IMG/VR virus record: IMGVR_UViG_3300010052_000223
Coordinates: 1 to 52,485 of that record
Direction: 5' to 3' (one strand)
Source: a virus
Taxonomy: Duplodnaviria; Caudoviricetes
DNA: 52,485 bases
Part shown: one piece after another, positions 1 to 9,938 of the stretch
Layout: every line of letters starts with the position of its first letter
Position numbering within the stretch: position 1 is the first letter of the stretch
Notes under the pieces: model-generated
The model's input: the letters and a program-made list of their open reading frames with translations, nothing else
Told to the model about the DNA's origin: nothing
Databases searched by the model: none
Made by a program: the position numbers and the translations under genes

Positions 1-585
1 TTACGCCGCCTTGCTGTAGAGCACGCCCTTAATGACGGCAGCGGTGCTCTTGGTGAGATTCAGCGCTTCGTTGGCGCCGGTGTAGATCTCGGGAAGCTCC
101 GTGCCCGGGGCGCCGATTTTCAGCATCGCGCCGGCCTTCAGCGAGATCGGCTTGGCGATCACCGTGGTCCCGCTCTTGAAGGTGATGACGCAGTCGATGT
201 CCGTCTGCAGCCAACCCGAATAGACGAACTGCCGCTTTCCCGCGCCGGCGGCCGGCAGCAACTCGTCAGTATCGGCGCCGTCGACCTCGATCTGCGTCCT
301 GGTCGGGAAGTTGGCGACATCGGTCCGCATTGGCCGTGGCGGGAGTTCGGCAACCGGTGCCGTCAACGCATCCTTGACCTCGCCCAGCGCCGCAACGGCG
401 GGATCGTTTGCCGCCAGGGTCACCCGCGGAGTGGTCGCGTCGACGTTTCCGGCGCCAAAGGCATTCGGAAGGCCCGCGGAGTTCGTCGCGAGAAACTTCT
501 GAAGGTGGATAGTGTTGGGGCCCAGCGAATACGTTGTCGTTGCGACCTTGTCGCCGGAGGCGAGCGTGATGAAGCTGTCGGCCAT
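1..585 (-). CDS. Hypothetical late (probably virion-associated) protein, 194 aa
   Basis: ORF with a GGGGG purine-rich RBS-like element upstream, Ala/Thr/Gly-rich, located at the end of the tail operon. Confidence 0.7.
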   Translation of the reverse strand: MADSFITLASGDKVATTTYSLGPNTIHLQKFLATNSAGLPNAFGAGNVDATTPRVTLAANDPAVAALGEVKDALTAPVAELPPRPMRTDVANFPTRTQIEVDGADTDELLPAAGAGKRQFVYSGWLQTDIDCVITFKSGTTVIAKPISLKAGAMLKIGAPGTELPEIYTGANEALNLTKSTAAVIKGVLYSKAA

Positions 586-646
586 GGCGTGTCGCCCCCT
601 TGTGAGGTTGTTTCGGTTCGGGGTGGTTTGAGTTGGTGGGCCCGGC

Positions 647-874
647 CTAGACCGGCTTGCCCTCGTCGAGCTCGATCACGCGCTCGCAGTGGCCGCGGTC
701 GAACAAGTCGAGGAAGCGGCAGAGTACGCATCCCCAGCGCTTGCCTTTACGGGCGGCCTTGGCGGCGCGCGAGCTGATCGTCTCGTCAGGCAGGCCCAGG
801 GCCAGAACGTTCGCGAACTGGTCTAAGGCCACGAGGAGCCGAAAGCCCCATCCCTTGAAGCTTCCGGCAGTCAC
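647..874 (-). CDS. Small conserved phage protein (LDQxxN...DETISSR...GHC type), 75 aa
   Basis: Motif commonly seen next to tail-fibre genes; 4-nt overlap with the upstream gene. Confidence 0.75.
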   Translation of the reverse strand: MTAGSFKGWGFRLLVALDQFANVLALGLPDETISSRAAKAARKGKRWGCVLCRFLDLFDRGHCERVIELDEGKPV

Positions 875-1551
875 GGCCAGCCGACCATGATGTTGATCGC
901 GTCCAACGCCTCGTGCGTAGGGGCGCCGCGCACCTGAGACTTCAGGGAGCCACCGTAGAAGAGGATCGGGGCGTTGCGTGCGACCATGGCGGCGGTGGCC
1001 TGGAGAACCTGGGTGGCCGTGGTCTGAACGTTCCAGTTGTCCTCGGCCCGCATCGGGAGGATGGCGTCGCCCTGGCCCGCAACGACGGCTGCAAGGGCGG
1101 TGCTCTGAAGAGCCTGCCAGTTCCGCTGATCTGGGGTGAAAGCCATTTGCAGGGCCCGCGGACCGGCGACTTGTTCGTTGAGATCGTCGTCGATCGCCAC
1201 CGTTGGACCGAAGTCGTAGACGAGATCGAGTTGCTGTCTGCGATCACGCTCTGCGTCGACGGCTCGGATCATAGCCGCCTTGCGCTCATCGATCGGCACT
1301 AGTTCCAGCAGATGAACTTCGACCGGCAAGCCGTTGATGGCGCGCAGTTCAGTCGACACGATCCGTTGCTTCTGCCCGGGCGGGTTGGCTTCGACGACGT
1401 CGAGAAGGCCAACCACATCGCAGGCCTCCTCGTCGGCATCCAATAGCCACTGCGCCCCGTAGCGCTGACCCGTGATCGGCGAAACGAAGGACTGGCCGGG
1501 GAAAATTTCCGTGGCGACGCCGTCATGAACGAAGGCCTTGCGCATCTGCAT
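871..1551 (-). CDS. Tail fibre assembly-like protein (DUF4376-like C-terminus)
   Basis: Start re-set to the ATG just after the upstream stop (MQMRKAF); AVDAERDRR...ALDAINIMVGWP ending is typical of this group. Confidence 0.6.
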   Translation of the reverse strand: MQMRKAFVHDGVATEIFPGQSFVSPITGQRYGAQWLLDADEEACDVVGLLDVVEANPPGQKQRIVSTELRAINGLPVEVHLLELVPIDERKAAMIRAVDAERDRRQQLDLVYDFGPTVAIDDDLNEQVAGPRALQMAFTPDQRNWQALQSTALAAVVAGQGDAILPMRAEDNWNVQTTATQVLQATAAMVARNAPILFYGGSLKSQVRGAPTHEALDAINIMVGWP

Positions 1552-1552
1552 C

Positions 1553-2317
1553 TCAGGCTCCGACCGCTGTGAGGTAGGTTTGCAAGGCCGCATCGAGAGC
1601 AACAGCCTGATCGGCGCTCAGAGACCGTCCGAAGTATGCGGCCGACATGTGCCCGTCGAAATACCCGACCGGAGTACCCGCATTGTTTCCAGCGCAGATA
1701 TTGAACGAAGCTCCAATCGTCACGTTGAGCGTCGATGGTCGCGTTCCCAGCAGCAGACCATTGCGATAGCCGGTGAGAACAGAGCCCGATTTCTGCATCT
1801 GGATGTTGGCGGCGCCGGACAATCCAACCTGCAGGGCTGTGTCGCTACCCCGGCTGATCGCGCCTGAGAGGCCATATGGGAGCACGCTGATCTGCGCCGT
1901 GTTCCCTGAGCCGTCCTGGGCCCCAATCGCCTGCTTCCAAGAGTCCGTCGGTACTGAACGAATGACCGCACCGAACATGATGTCCGACGGGCTGGTCGTG
2001 CCAGAACCAATCGAAAAGCCCGTCGCGATGTACGCGCTGGTTCCGTTGCCAGTGAACCACCTGTCAGGAGCAAACGCCGCGCCGTTGTTCGTGGCGTTGA
2101 AGACGCTTCCTTTCCAGTTCAGCAGCGCCGCCTGGCTGTCGGCTGCGGCGAAGACGTAGAGAACGTCCAGTTGCGACCAGACGCCGGCCTTCTTGATCGA
2201 CCGGATCAGCTTCGCGATCTGGGCTTTGCGGGCGTTCGAAGGCGGCGTGGTCATCCTGGCGAAGAGCGCCCTCGCCTCAATGGGCTGGCTTGAGCCCATC
2301 ATGATCCGCGCATCCAT
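1553..2317 (-). CDS. Tail fibre/receptor-binding associated protein, probable ConA/LamG-like beta-sandwich
   Basis: GVWSQLDVLYVFAA, FTGNGTSAYIATG, GYRNGLLLG and GRSLSADQ motifs; tail-distal position. Confidence 0.6.
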   Translation of the reverse strand: MDARIMMGSSQPIEARALFARMTTPPSNARKAQIAKLIRSIKKAGVWSQLDVLYVFAAADSQAALLNWKGSVFNATNNGAAFAPDRWFTGNGTSAYIATGFSIGSGTTSPSDIMFGAVIRSVPTDSWKQAIGAQDGSGNTAQISVLPYGLSGAISRGSDTALQVGLSGAANIQMQKSGSVLTGYRNGLLLGTRPSTLNVTIGASFNICAGNNAGTPVGYFDGHMSAAYFGRSLSADQAVALDAALQTYLTAVGA

Positions 2318-3256
2318 TTACTGCGACGCCCTCACATAGAAGCGCTTGGTTGGAGTCGACGCGAGGCACTTCATCCAGAGGTGCAGTTCGGCGCCGGGCG
2401 CCGTTGGCATGTCGGGCACCTCGTCGTTCTCGAACTCGTAGCAGGCGGCGAACGAAAGCAGTCGGCCTCCGGTGGCGTCTTGCGCCGCGGTGAGGTCGTA
2501 ATAGGCGCCCTCGACTTCGCCCGTCGGCTCTTGAAGCGCGCCATTGCCCGTCAGCACCACACGCGCGGCGCGGCGCTGCATGGGCCAGGCGATGTTGGCA
2601 GCATAGGTCAAGGCCTGCGCCTTACCTGCGTCGGCGAAGTTCTTCGCAGTCATCACGGCGTCGTCCTTAGTCCCGCCTGCGACCTCATCGGCGCTCAACT
2701 TCGGCAGTCCGATGGAGAAGTCGGCCGCGAGCGTGCCGCCGCCCGTCAGGAGCCCACCCGTGACCCCCACGGCCCGGGTGGCGGGGATGCCGCCGGATGC
2801 GGTGCGGAAGACGTTCCAGCCGCTGTAGGGCCCGCCGGTGGCGGTCGCGCTCACGATGGTGCCCGTGCCCACACCTGTCGACGGCTCGAAGGTGTCGAGC
2901 CGCACGATCATTTGCTGCCCCGCGTTCGGTGGAAGCCTCGCGAAGCCGACCGTCATCCCGGCCATAAAGGCCTTGTCCATCTGATCAAGCGTGAACGTTA
3001 TTGTCCCGCTGGCGGCGAGGGTCAGATTGGACGAGCTGGTCGCGCTGGTCGCGGGCGCGTTGAGGATGTTGAGTGCGAGCGAGGCGACTTCCTGAGCCTT
3101 TCCCAACATCCATTGCGCGACGGCGACCATCTGCACCAACGCCGCGACGAACCGGGTCGTGTAGCCACCTTTCCGAAGGCCGGTTTCCGGGTTCTCGTCG
3201 TCCGAGACGGTGGAGCCGTCGCCGCCAACCTCCGGCGGAAAGGTGACCAAGGTCAT
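2318..3256 (-). CDS. Tail fibre-like protein
   Basis: Start re-set to MTLVTFPPEVGGDG (ATGA overlap with upstream gene); GLLTGGGTLAAD and QDATGGRLLSF fibre-type motifs. Confidence 0.7.
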   Translation of the reverse strand: MTLVTFPPEVGGDGSTVSDDENPETGLRKGGYTTRFVAALVQMVAVAQWMLGKAQEVASLALNILNAPATSATSSSNLTLAASGTITFTLDQMDKAFMAGMTVGFARLPPNAGQQMIVRLDTFEPSTGVGTGTIVSATATGGPYSGWNVFRTASGGIPATRAVGVTGGLLTGGGTLAADFSIGLPKLSADEVAGGTKDDAVMTAKNFADAGKAQALTYAANIAWPMQRRAARVVLTGNGALQEPTGEVEGAYYDLTAAQDATGGRLLSFAACYEFENDEVPDMPTAPGAELHLWMKCLASTPTKRFYVRASQ

Positions 3257-4179
3257 CGCTGGATCTCCTTGATTTCGAACGCGACGCTGTCGATCACCGG
3301 ATAGGGATGCTCGATCCGCGAAAGCTGCCGTAGCCGGCAAATAAACTGGCGCCGGATCGCGTGCTTGGTGTCGCTGGGGTTCCACATGAAGAGAACCTCG
3401 CGCGTGCGCCCGGCCTGGCGCATCATCTCGAAGGCCTTTCCGTAGGCCTCGTCGTTCCCGAGGTTGTTGAACTGCAGCTGGCTACTCCGGTAGCGCGGCC
3501 GCTCGTCGAAGAACTCGGCGCCGCCGTCAGCCTGCTCGATCCTGCTGTCGTCTTCCCAGCCCAGGCCGGCGCCCGTCGAGATACCGCTGCTGGGCACCCA
3601 GCTCGACCCGCCGATGAAGACCCTGCCCACCTGTACGAAGCTCGCCGGGTTGAGCGGATCGTCGAACTCGAAGCGGATGTAACGGGCGTCGGTTGAGTGC
3701 GGCAGCCGGCCGATCAGTGTCCAGATGTAGCCGCGCCGTTCGTCCTCGGAATAGGTCCGTTCCCAGAAGTTGACGGCGCCCCATTCCAGATCGTCATAGA
3801 CCGGCGGCCAGACATCGAGCCAACCGCTGTCGTAGTCGGTCAGGGTGTGGGCCGCGTCATAGGAAGTGCGTAACCGATATCTGGCCGCGAGCGTGAGGTT
3901 GTGATCTTGGACCGCAAAGCCTCGCCACTGCTTGAAGGTCCCGACGTCGATATCGAACCAAGTCGAGGCCGGCGACGCATCGACCGATCGCGCGACCCTC
4001 ACGAGGGTGCGGTTCTTCAAGTTGGCCAACGGTAGAGCAGTCCGCCAGTTGCCTCCCGAGAGGATCGAACCGTCGATCAGGTTGTTCCAGGCGAAGAAGG
4101 CGTGGTCCGCCGGCTCAGGGTTGACGCCGACGATCGGGCCCGGCGCTGAAGTCGAGCCGAAGAGCAGTAGCAGTGACAT
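3253..4179 (-). CDS. Minor tail (tail tip) protein
   Basis: 308-aa ORF after the tape measure/hub genes; YDSGWLDVWP and ARYIRFEFDDPLNP motifs. Confidence 0.7.
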   Translation of the reverse strand: MSLLLLFGSTSAPGPIVGVNPEPADHAFFAWNNLIDGSILSGGNWRTALPLANLKNRTLVRVARSVDASPASTWFDIDVGTFKQWRGFAVQDHNLTLAARYRLRTSYDAAHTLTDYDSGWLDVWPPVYDDLEWGAVNFWERTYSEDERRGYIWTLIGRLPHSTDARYIRFEFDDPLNPASFVQVGRVFIGGSSWVPSSGISTGAGLGWEDDSRIEQADGGAEFFDERPRYRSSQLQFNNLGNDEAYGKAFEMMRQAGRTREVLFMWNPSDTKHAIRRQFICRLRQLSRIEHPYPVIDSVAFEIKEIQR

Positions 4180-4182
4180 CGG

Positions 4183-5712
4183 CTACCCCCAGAGGCTCAG
4201 GACCGCCTTCTGGCGGGACAGGTCATATCCAAGGACGATGAGATCCCTACCGGCGGCGAGCCCGTAGCGGGAGTGGTAGAGCAGCACCTGTCCGCCTTGG
4301 CGCGCGCCGGAGGCAGCGAACACCTCCTGGGGTACCGGGACGTCGTAGCAACGGCGCGCAACCCTATGCAGGGCCAGCAGTCGGTCGGCCTCGGCCTGCG
4401 AGTCGGCTTCCTCTGTCAGAAGCGTGTCGATCACCAACTCGCGGGCCAGCAGGTGCTTGACCTTCACGCTGGGGTCGTCGGCCGTGGCAGTTCGGTATTC
4501 CTGAGCCAGGGCAGCCCTTCGAGCGTCGGTCACTGAGCCGGCTAGGGCCGTAGTCTGCGTCGTCCAGAACTTCTTGTAGCGCACCACGACGCGCCACACC
4601 GGAGCAGCAGAGCCATCGGCCAGTTGTCGCTCGAATCCTGAAAGGATCTCAGCCTCGTTGATGTCGCCGGTGCTCATCCCCTCAATCGGGGCGCGCAGCT
4701 GGCCCATTCGGAGCAGGCCCGAGGTATCGAACGACCACCAGGCGCCAAGCGATGCCGCCAGGGCGTCCATGGCGTCCCGATAGGTCATCTCGTCAGAGAG
4801 GTAGATGCCGACTGGGCGTGAACTCTCGTCCGGTCGTAGGGTAAGGAAGTCCAGCTGCGAGACATCATCGGCAGCGACCGCGGCGCCTGCCCGTGTGGCC
4901 AGCGCCTTCAGAAGCTGAGCGACGGTCCGCGCCGCGTCATTGGCCCCCGACGCCGCGTCGGCGGTGATCTCCCCGACGGGCGAGGAGCCCAAGCGAAACA
5001 GGCCTTCAGCAAGACACGTGTGGTACTGGCCCGAGGAAATGGTCGCCGCCAAGAGCGCCGCCGAGTTGGCGTGGTTGGCGCCGAAGGTGAGCGCAACGCC
5101 TTGGTCGTATACCGCTGAGATTGCCCCCAGCGCCCCGTTGCTGACCATGTAGGCCAGTTTCGAAGTGTTAACGCACGGCGATTGAACATTGAAAACCTTG
5201 CCGAAAACCTCCGGCTTCACCGAGCCCTTGAGGTCATCGGCGGTCCCCTCCAAGCCGACCGGCCCGACGTTGGTCCCTGCAAACCGTGCGGTCAGCACCG
5301 GCTCGGAGAGCACCCTAGCCGTGTCGCGCAGCTTGATGACGATTTCGCCGACGCCTGCCTCGACGCCATCGACCGTGCCGGAGAACAGGGGCGTGAAGCC
5401 GCCGGGATAGGCGCCGCCGGTTCCAATGCGGATCACAGCCGGCCGGCCGTCGAAGGAATAGTCGTCCCAGGCGTCCAGTGCGCCGTCGAGGTTGATCACC
5501 TTCAGAGCCCCGACCTGTAGGTCAGAACTGCCGCGGGTCCTGCGCGCGCCGTAGAGGCTGACGCCGATGGAACCCGCATCCTTCAGCCGCGGATCGAAGA
5601 CGACATCGGCTGGCGCGTCAGCCGGCGAAGTCACGAAGCCCTCAGTGCCGAGGTAGAAGGTCTTGCCGACGCCAGCTTCATCGACAGCGGCAGTGAGCTC
5701 GACCAGTATCAC
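4183..5712 (-). CDS. Tail tip/baseplate hub-like protein
   Basis: 509-aa ORF coupled to the tape measure gene; DDLKGSVKPEVFGKVFNV motif. Confidence 0.7.
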   Translation of the reverse strand: MILVELTAAVDEAGVGKTFYLGTEGFVTSPADAPADVVFDPRLKDAGSIGVSLYGARRTRGSSDLQVGALKVINLDGALDAWDDYSFDGRPAVIRIGTGGAYPGGFTPLFSGTVDGVEAGVGEIVIKLRDTARVLSEPVLTARFAGTNVGPVGLEGTADDLKGSVKPEVFGKVFNVQSPCVNTSKLAYMVSNGALGAISAVYDQGVALTFGANHANSAALLAATISSGQYHTCLAEGLFRLGSSPVGEITADAASGANDAARTVAQLLKALATRAGAAVAADDVSQLDFLTLRPDESSRPVGIYLSDEMTYRDAMDALAASLGAWWSFDTSGLLRMGQLRAPIEGMSTGDINEAEILSGFERQLADGSAAPVWRVVVRYKKFWTTQTTALAGSVTDARRAALAQEYRTATADDPSVKVKHLLARELVIDTLLTEEADSQAEADRLLALHRVARRCYDVPVPQEVFAASGARQGGQVLLYHSRYGLAAGRDLIVLGYDLSRQKAVLSLWG

Positions 5713-8700
5713 GCCGCCGCCTTCGCCTGGCGGTCGGCCCGCGCCTGATCGTCAAGTCCTTCAACGACTTCGTCGAGCTTCTTCAGCGTCTCGGTGCCGA
5801 CCGCACCACGTTGATCGTTGGCGGCCTTCAGCTCGGCGCGAACGCCCTGCAACTCCGAGCGAATGGCCTCCATTCCCTCGCGCAGCGCGGCGTTGTCCGC
5901 AGCGACATCGCCCGGCCGGCGGACGTTGACGATCTCGCCGGGGGTGAGCGCCATCGGGCCGAACGCCTGGCTGTCCGTGCCGCCGGACCCGCCGACGGTG
6001 AACGATCCGCCCATGGCGAAGGGAGTCCGGCCCTCCCCCTTGCCGTAGTGGTCGTAGTGCCACTTCGCGAACTCAAGCTCGTTGTTAACCTTGAGGTTGT
6101 TCTTCAGATTGTTCGGCGAGAGCCGGCGATACTCGGCCAGCACATCCGGATAGTGCTGGAGGTACGAAGCCCAATCCGGCGCCCGCGGAATCGCAGGGGT
6201 GTTGTCGTTGGTGGCCGGCGGCCGGGTGGCGTTATCATTGGCCACGGCCTTCTGGGCCAGGATCGCGGCGTTGTAGGCGGCCAGAGCGTCCTTGACCGAG
6301 AGGACCGCGTTCTGCACCCCGAGGATGCCCGCGACGGAGGCGTTGAGGGCGGACAACTGGGCCTCGGCCGTGCTGACCTGCGCCGCGGCATACGCTTGCG
6401 TCGCGGTCACCGCAGTGCGCACACGCTCCAGGTCGGCGAAGTAGGCCTCGCTGCTCGCGTAATAGGCCTTGGAGGCGTCGAGATAGGCCTGGCTGACGCT
6501 CTCCAGGTCACGGATGGCCTCTTCATTGCCGCCCGCAGCAGCAGCCGAGGTCTTGTCGAAGGCGGCGCGCGCGGCCTTGTATTGCTCCTCCGGCGACAGC
6601 ATGGCCGCCGGCCCACTGTAGAGGCTGTCGCGGAACCGCTTCAGGCCCTCGGAGAAGGCCTTGAACTTGTCGATCGTAGTCTGGAGCGCCGAGCTCTCCC
6701 GCTCATAGGCCGCAGCCAGCACGTCGCGCGCCGTAGCGACATCTTCAGCGGCGTAGATCTCTTTAAGCACGCCGCGCTCGTTGTCGTTGGCCGCCGCAGC
6801 GATTTCGCGAGCGCGCTTCGCGGCCAGGACTTCCGACGCCCGGCCTTGCGCCTCCATGAGCCTGATATCCAGCGCGGCGCGCGCCTCGGCTGCGGCCTTC
6901 TCGTCCTCAAGCTGCCAGATCCTCAGTTGGTTAGCCTGCAGACTTGCGTCCATGGCGGCCAGCTCGGCCTCGCGGCGCATCTTCAACGCCTCCACTGATT
7001 TGCCGGTGAGCTCCAGGAGGGCAATCTCCTGCTCGCGTTTGGCGCTCGCGATGTCGAGGGCCCGCTGGTGTTCGGCTTGCTGCCGCGCAAGTTCCTCGGC
7101 CTGCCGGCGCTGCTTCTCTTCGGATTTGCCGCCGAGGAAGCCGCCAAGGCCGCCGATGGCGGCGCCAATAAGCGCGCCAGCGACATTCCCGAGCCCAGGA
7201 ATGATCGAGCCCAGTTGCATGCCGGCCATCGCGCCCGAGGCGGCGCCGGAGATCGTCTTGCCCGCGGTTCCGCCGATCATCCCGCCGACGACGCCGCCGA
7301 GTCCGGCCACTGCAGCGATCTTGTCGGCGGCCGACTTGCTCTTCCTGAACGCCTCGCGAAGCGCTCCGATGGCCTCGACGATCGAAGTGACCAACGCGTT
7401 CCAGTCGCGTGTTTCAAAGGCCCGCGCCACGTCCTCCATAGCCCGCGTCACCCGCTCGAAGGAGTCCTGCGGCGTACCCTTGGCCGAAGAAGTTTGAGCG
7501 CCGTGGATCGCGTCTAGCACCTTCAGCCGGGCTTCCGCGATTTCGCGTTCTCGCGAGCCCGAGGCCGCGGTGGCGACGATCTCCTGCAGCTTCAGGCGCT
7601 CGATCTTCTGCTGGGCTTCCAGGATCTGCAGGTCGATGGCGCGGCGCTCGAACGCATAGCGGGCGCTGCCGCGCTGGGCCTCCAAAAGGTCGATCTGGTC
7701 GCGGATGCCGGCGGTCCGGATCTCATTTTCATCTTTGATGGCCTGGCGAGCGGCGTTGCGCTCTATGAGCTGGGACTTCAGCGCCGCGACTGTCGCCTGC
7801 GTTATCCGCACGGCCTCGAGCTGCAGAAGGAGCTCCGCGCCTTCGGCCTCGGTGATCCGCTTCCGCGTTACGTCCTCGTTGATCGTGGCGGCCTGCTTGT
7901 CGAGCTGCGCAAGCTGGACCGCCAACTGCATGTCGACGAGCTTCTGCTCGATTTCGGCCCGGGCCCGCACATCCTCCGTCAGCGCCAACTGCGCTTGCAG
8001 CTCTTCAGCCTTGGCCTGCGCGACAAGCTGCGCGATCTGGGCAGCGCGCTCGTCGGACATGTCACGGGGCGCGGATGGGCCCTTTGGCGTCTTGGCGGCG
8101 TCCCCGGCCTCCTTGCGGATCCGCTTCTCGGTGATGTCCCGAAGGTTCTTGAGGAACAGCTCACTGGCCTTGTCGATAAGCTTGCCGGCGGTCTGAGCGT
8201 CCTTCGCATAGGCCGCCGCCGCGTCGGTCATCACCTTCGACGCCGCGCCGGCGTTCGGATTGGACAATCCGCCGAGCTCGATATGCCCCAGGGGCCTCAT
8301 CAGGCCAGCCATGCCCTGCCCTGCGGAGCCGAAGATGCCCAGGGCAAGGGCGGGCTTCAGGGCTGCCATCAGACCATTCACGGAGTCGATGGCCTTGTTG
8401 ATCATCGCCTCGATGGCGTTGATCACGCCGTTCGCGGCGGACACCGCGATGTCCGCCATTGCCGAAGGCAACTGAGACCAGACGGCCTTGATCGCGCCAT
8501 ATCCGCCAGCGAACACGCTGACGATCGCCTTCACCTCCTTCATGGTGTTGGCGACTAGGTCTGCGTACCAAGCGCCGAACGCCTCGCGGAGGTCATCGAT
8601 CGGGGTCTTCAATGCCCCATAGAGCAGCTGCCCAGTGGTCTTGAACACCGCCTGAAGCGTGTCGCCCATGGTGACGCCGGTGTCCTTCACCCGCTTCATC

Positions 8701-9527
8701 TGCGCGTCGGTGAGGTCGAGGTCGTTGGCGATGTTGCCCAGGCTGTCCTTGGCTTCGTGATGAAGCATCAGGAACATGGCGCCGACTGCGCCGCCCGCGA
8801 CAACGAGGGGGCCGAGGACCGCCATCACAGGCGCCAGCGCGGCTGCCATCCCGCGCAGCGCCGCTCCGAGCCCAATGCCTTCCATCTTCATCAGAGCGAG
8901 GCGATCCGCGATCTGCGGGCCCTGCTGAATGAGGATCATCAGCGGGTTCATGCCCATTGCCGCGGAGACACCGATATCGGCGAACTGCCGAGAGAGGTCG
9001 AGCGTGGCCATGGTCAGTTGCTTCGACGTCTTCGACGCAGCCACGTGACTGCCTGACACCGCCCCCATCTGTCGCACATACTGTTGGGCGAAGTCGTGAT
9101 TGGCGGCGTCGTAGAGACTGTCGAAGTGCACCGCCGCGGCCTTGGCCTGGCTGGCGGCCTTCGTCGCAGCATCCCCCGCTTGGTCGATCGCCGCGGCCGC
9201 CTGCTTCGCGCTCGCAGAGACCTGCGTGAAGCTCATGGAGTAACGGACGTTGGACGCGGCGGCGCGGGTTTCGGCGGCTGCTACAGCCTCGGCGGCCTGG
9301 GCGGCCATCTTCTGTTGCCGAGTGAGCTCGGCGATCTCCTTCGCCGACTTCTCGATCGAGGCCAGCATCCTGAGCATCGCGTCGGAAAGGCGCCGCGAAC
9401 CCGCGGCAGCTTGATCAGCCCCGCCAGCCGCCCCGACCGCCTTGGCCTTGTATTCGTCGAGGTCGCGATGGACCTTATCGGCGTTTTCGGTGACGAAACG
9501 CGTGCCGAGGACGGCAAGATCGGACAT
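5709..9527 (-). CDS. Tail tape measure protein
   Basis: 1272 aa, Ala-rich helical; lambda-type QFADIGVSAAMGMNPLMILIQQGPQI segment; C-terminal FAMGGSFTVGGSGGTDS. Confidence 0.93.
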   Translation of the reverse strand: MSDLAVLGTRFVTENADKVHRDLDEYKAKAVGAAGGADQAAAGSRRLSDAMLRMLASIEKSAKEIAELTRQQKMAAQAAEAVAAAETRAAASNVRYSMSFTQVSASAKQAAAAIDQAGDAATKAASQAKAAAVHFDSLYDAANHDFAQQYVRQMGAVSGSHVAASKTSKQLTMATLDLSRQFADIGVSAAMGMNPLMILIQQGPQIADRLALMKMEGIGLGAALRGMAAALAPVMAVLGPLVVAGGAVGAMFLMLHHEAKDSLGNIANDLDLTDAQMKRVKDTGVTMGDTLQAVFKTTGQLLYGALKTPIDDLREAFGAWYADLVANTMKEVKAIVSVFAGGYGAIKAVWSQLPSAMADIAVSAANGVINAIEAMINKAIDSVNGLMAALKPALALGIFGSAGQGMAGLMRPLGHIELGGLSNPNAGAASKVMTDAAAAYAKDAQTAGKLIDKASELFLKNLRDITEKRIRKEAGDAAKTPKGPSAPRDMSDERAAQIAQLVAQAKAEELQAQLALTEDVRARAEIEQKLVDMQLAVQLAQLDKQAATINEDVTRKRITEAEGAELLLQLEAVRITQATVAALKSQLIERNAARQAIKDENEIRTAGIRDQIDLLEAQRGSARYAFERRAIDLQILEAQQKIERLKLQEIVATAASGSREREIAEARLKVLDAIHGAQTSSAKGTPQDSFERVTRAMEDVARAFETRDWNALVTSIVEAIGALREAFRKSKSAADKIAAVAGLGGVVGGMIGGTAGKTISGAASGAMAGMQLGSIIPGLGNVAGALIGAAIGGLGGFLGGKSEEKQRRQAEELARQQAEHQRALDIASAKREQEIALLELTGKSVEALKMRREAELAAMDASLQANQLRIWQLEDEKAAAEARAALDIRLMEAQGRASEVLAAKRAREIAAAANDNERGVLKEIYAAEDVATARDVLAAAYERESSALQTTIDKFKAFSEGLKRFRDSLYSGPAAMLSPEEQYKAARAAFDKTSAAAAGGNEEAIRDLESVSQAYLDASKAYYASSEAYFADLERVRTAVTATQAYAAAQVSTAEAQLSALNASVAGILGVQNAVLSVKDALAAYNAAILAQKAVANDNATRPPATNDNTPAIPRAPDWASYLQHYPDVLAEYRRLSPNNLKNNLKVNNELEFAKWHYDHYGKGEGRTPFAMGGSFTVGGSGGTDSQAFGPMALTPGEIVNVRRPGDVAADNAALREGMEAIRSELQGVRAELKAANDQRGAVGTETLKKLDEVVEGLDDQARADRQAKAAA

Positions 9528-9530
9528 GTC

Positions 9531-9938
9531 CTACCCCCCTCGGTTCTGCGCCTCGAGACGCGCGTTGTGCTGGATGGTCAGGCGCTGCATGAAGGCCTTC
9601 AGGCCGCCTGCATCGCTCAAGTCTGCGGTGTTCGTAGGCTCCTGGGAGCCTCCCTTACCGATCTGCTCCGCCGCGGCCTTCATGACCTCATTGTCGAGCC
9701 GGCAGATCAGATCCACTTCCCAGGGTCCGAGCCCGGCGCAGGTCAGCCGGTTGAACGCATCGATCTCCTGGTAGCTGATCGGGTTCGGCGCCATGCCCGA
9801 CTGGCGGCGAGAGCCGATCTTCCCGAATGCGACCCACACATCTGCGAGAGCCTCAGGAAATGGCGGCAGCGCCTGCTTGCGGGCAGATGCCGCCGCGAAG
9901 GCGATCAGGCCTTCTTCAAGGCCTTCAAGACGTTTCCC
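9531..9938 (-). CDS. Tail assembly chaperone GT-like C-terminal part (reached by -1 frameshift)
   Basis: The -1 frame is open from the slippery site through ORF 9531..9839 (PNPISYQEIDAF...PWEVDLICRLD). Confidence 0.8.
   Translation of the reverse strand, partial: GKRLEGLEEGLIAFAAASARKQALPPFPEALADVWVAFGKIGSRRQSGMAPNPISYQEIDAFNRLTCAGLGPWEVDLICRLDNEVMKAAAEQIGKGGSQEPTNTADLSDAGGLKAFMQRLTIQHNARLEAQNRGG

Noticed and set aside
647-874. Holin or lysis gene call
   Set aside because: No convincing transmembrane topology and no adjacent endolysin; the lysis cassette probably lies outside the window
1-5712. Diversity-generating retroelement or invertible tail-fibre cassette
   Set aside because: No reverse transcriptase, invertase or template/variable repeat pair recognised in the window
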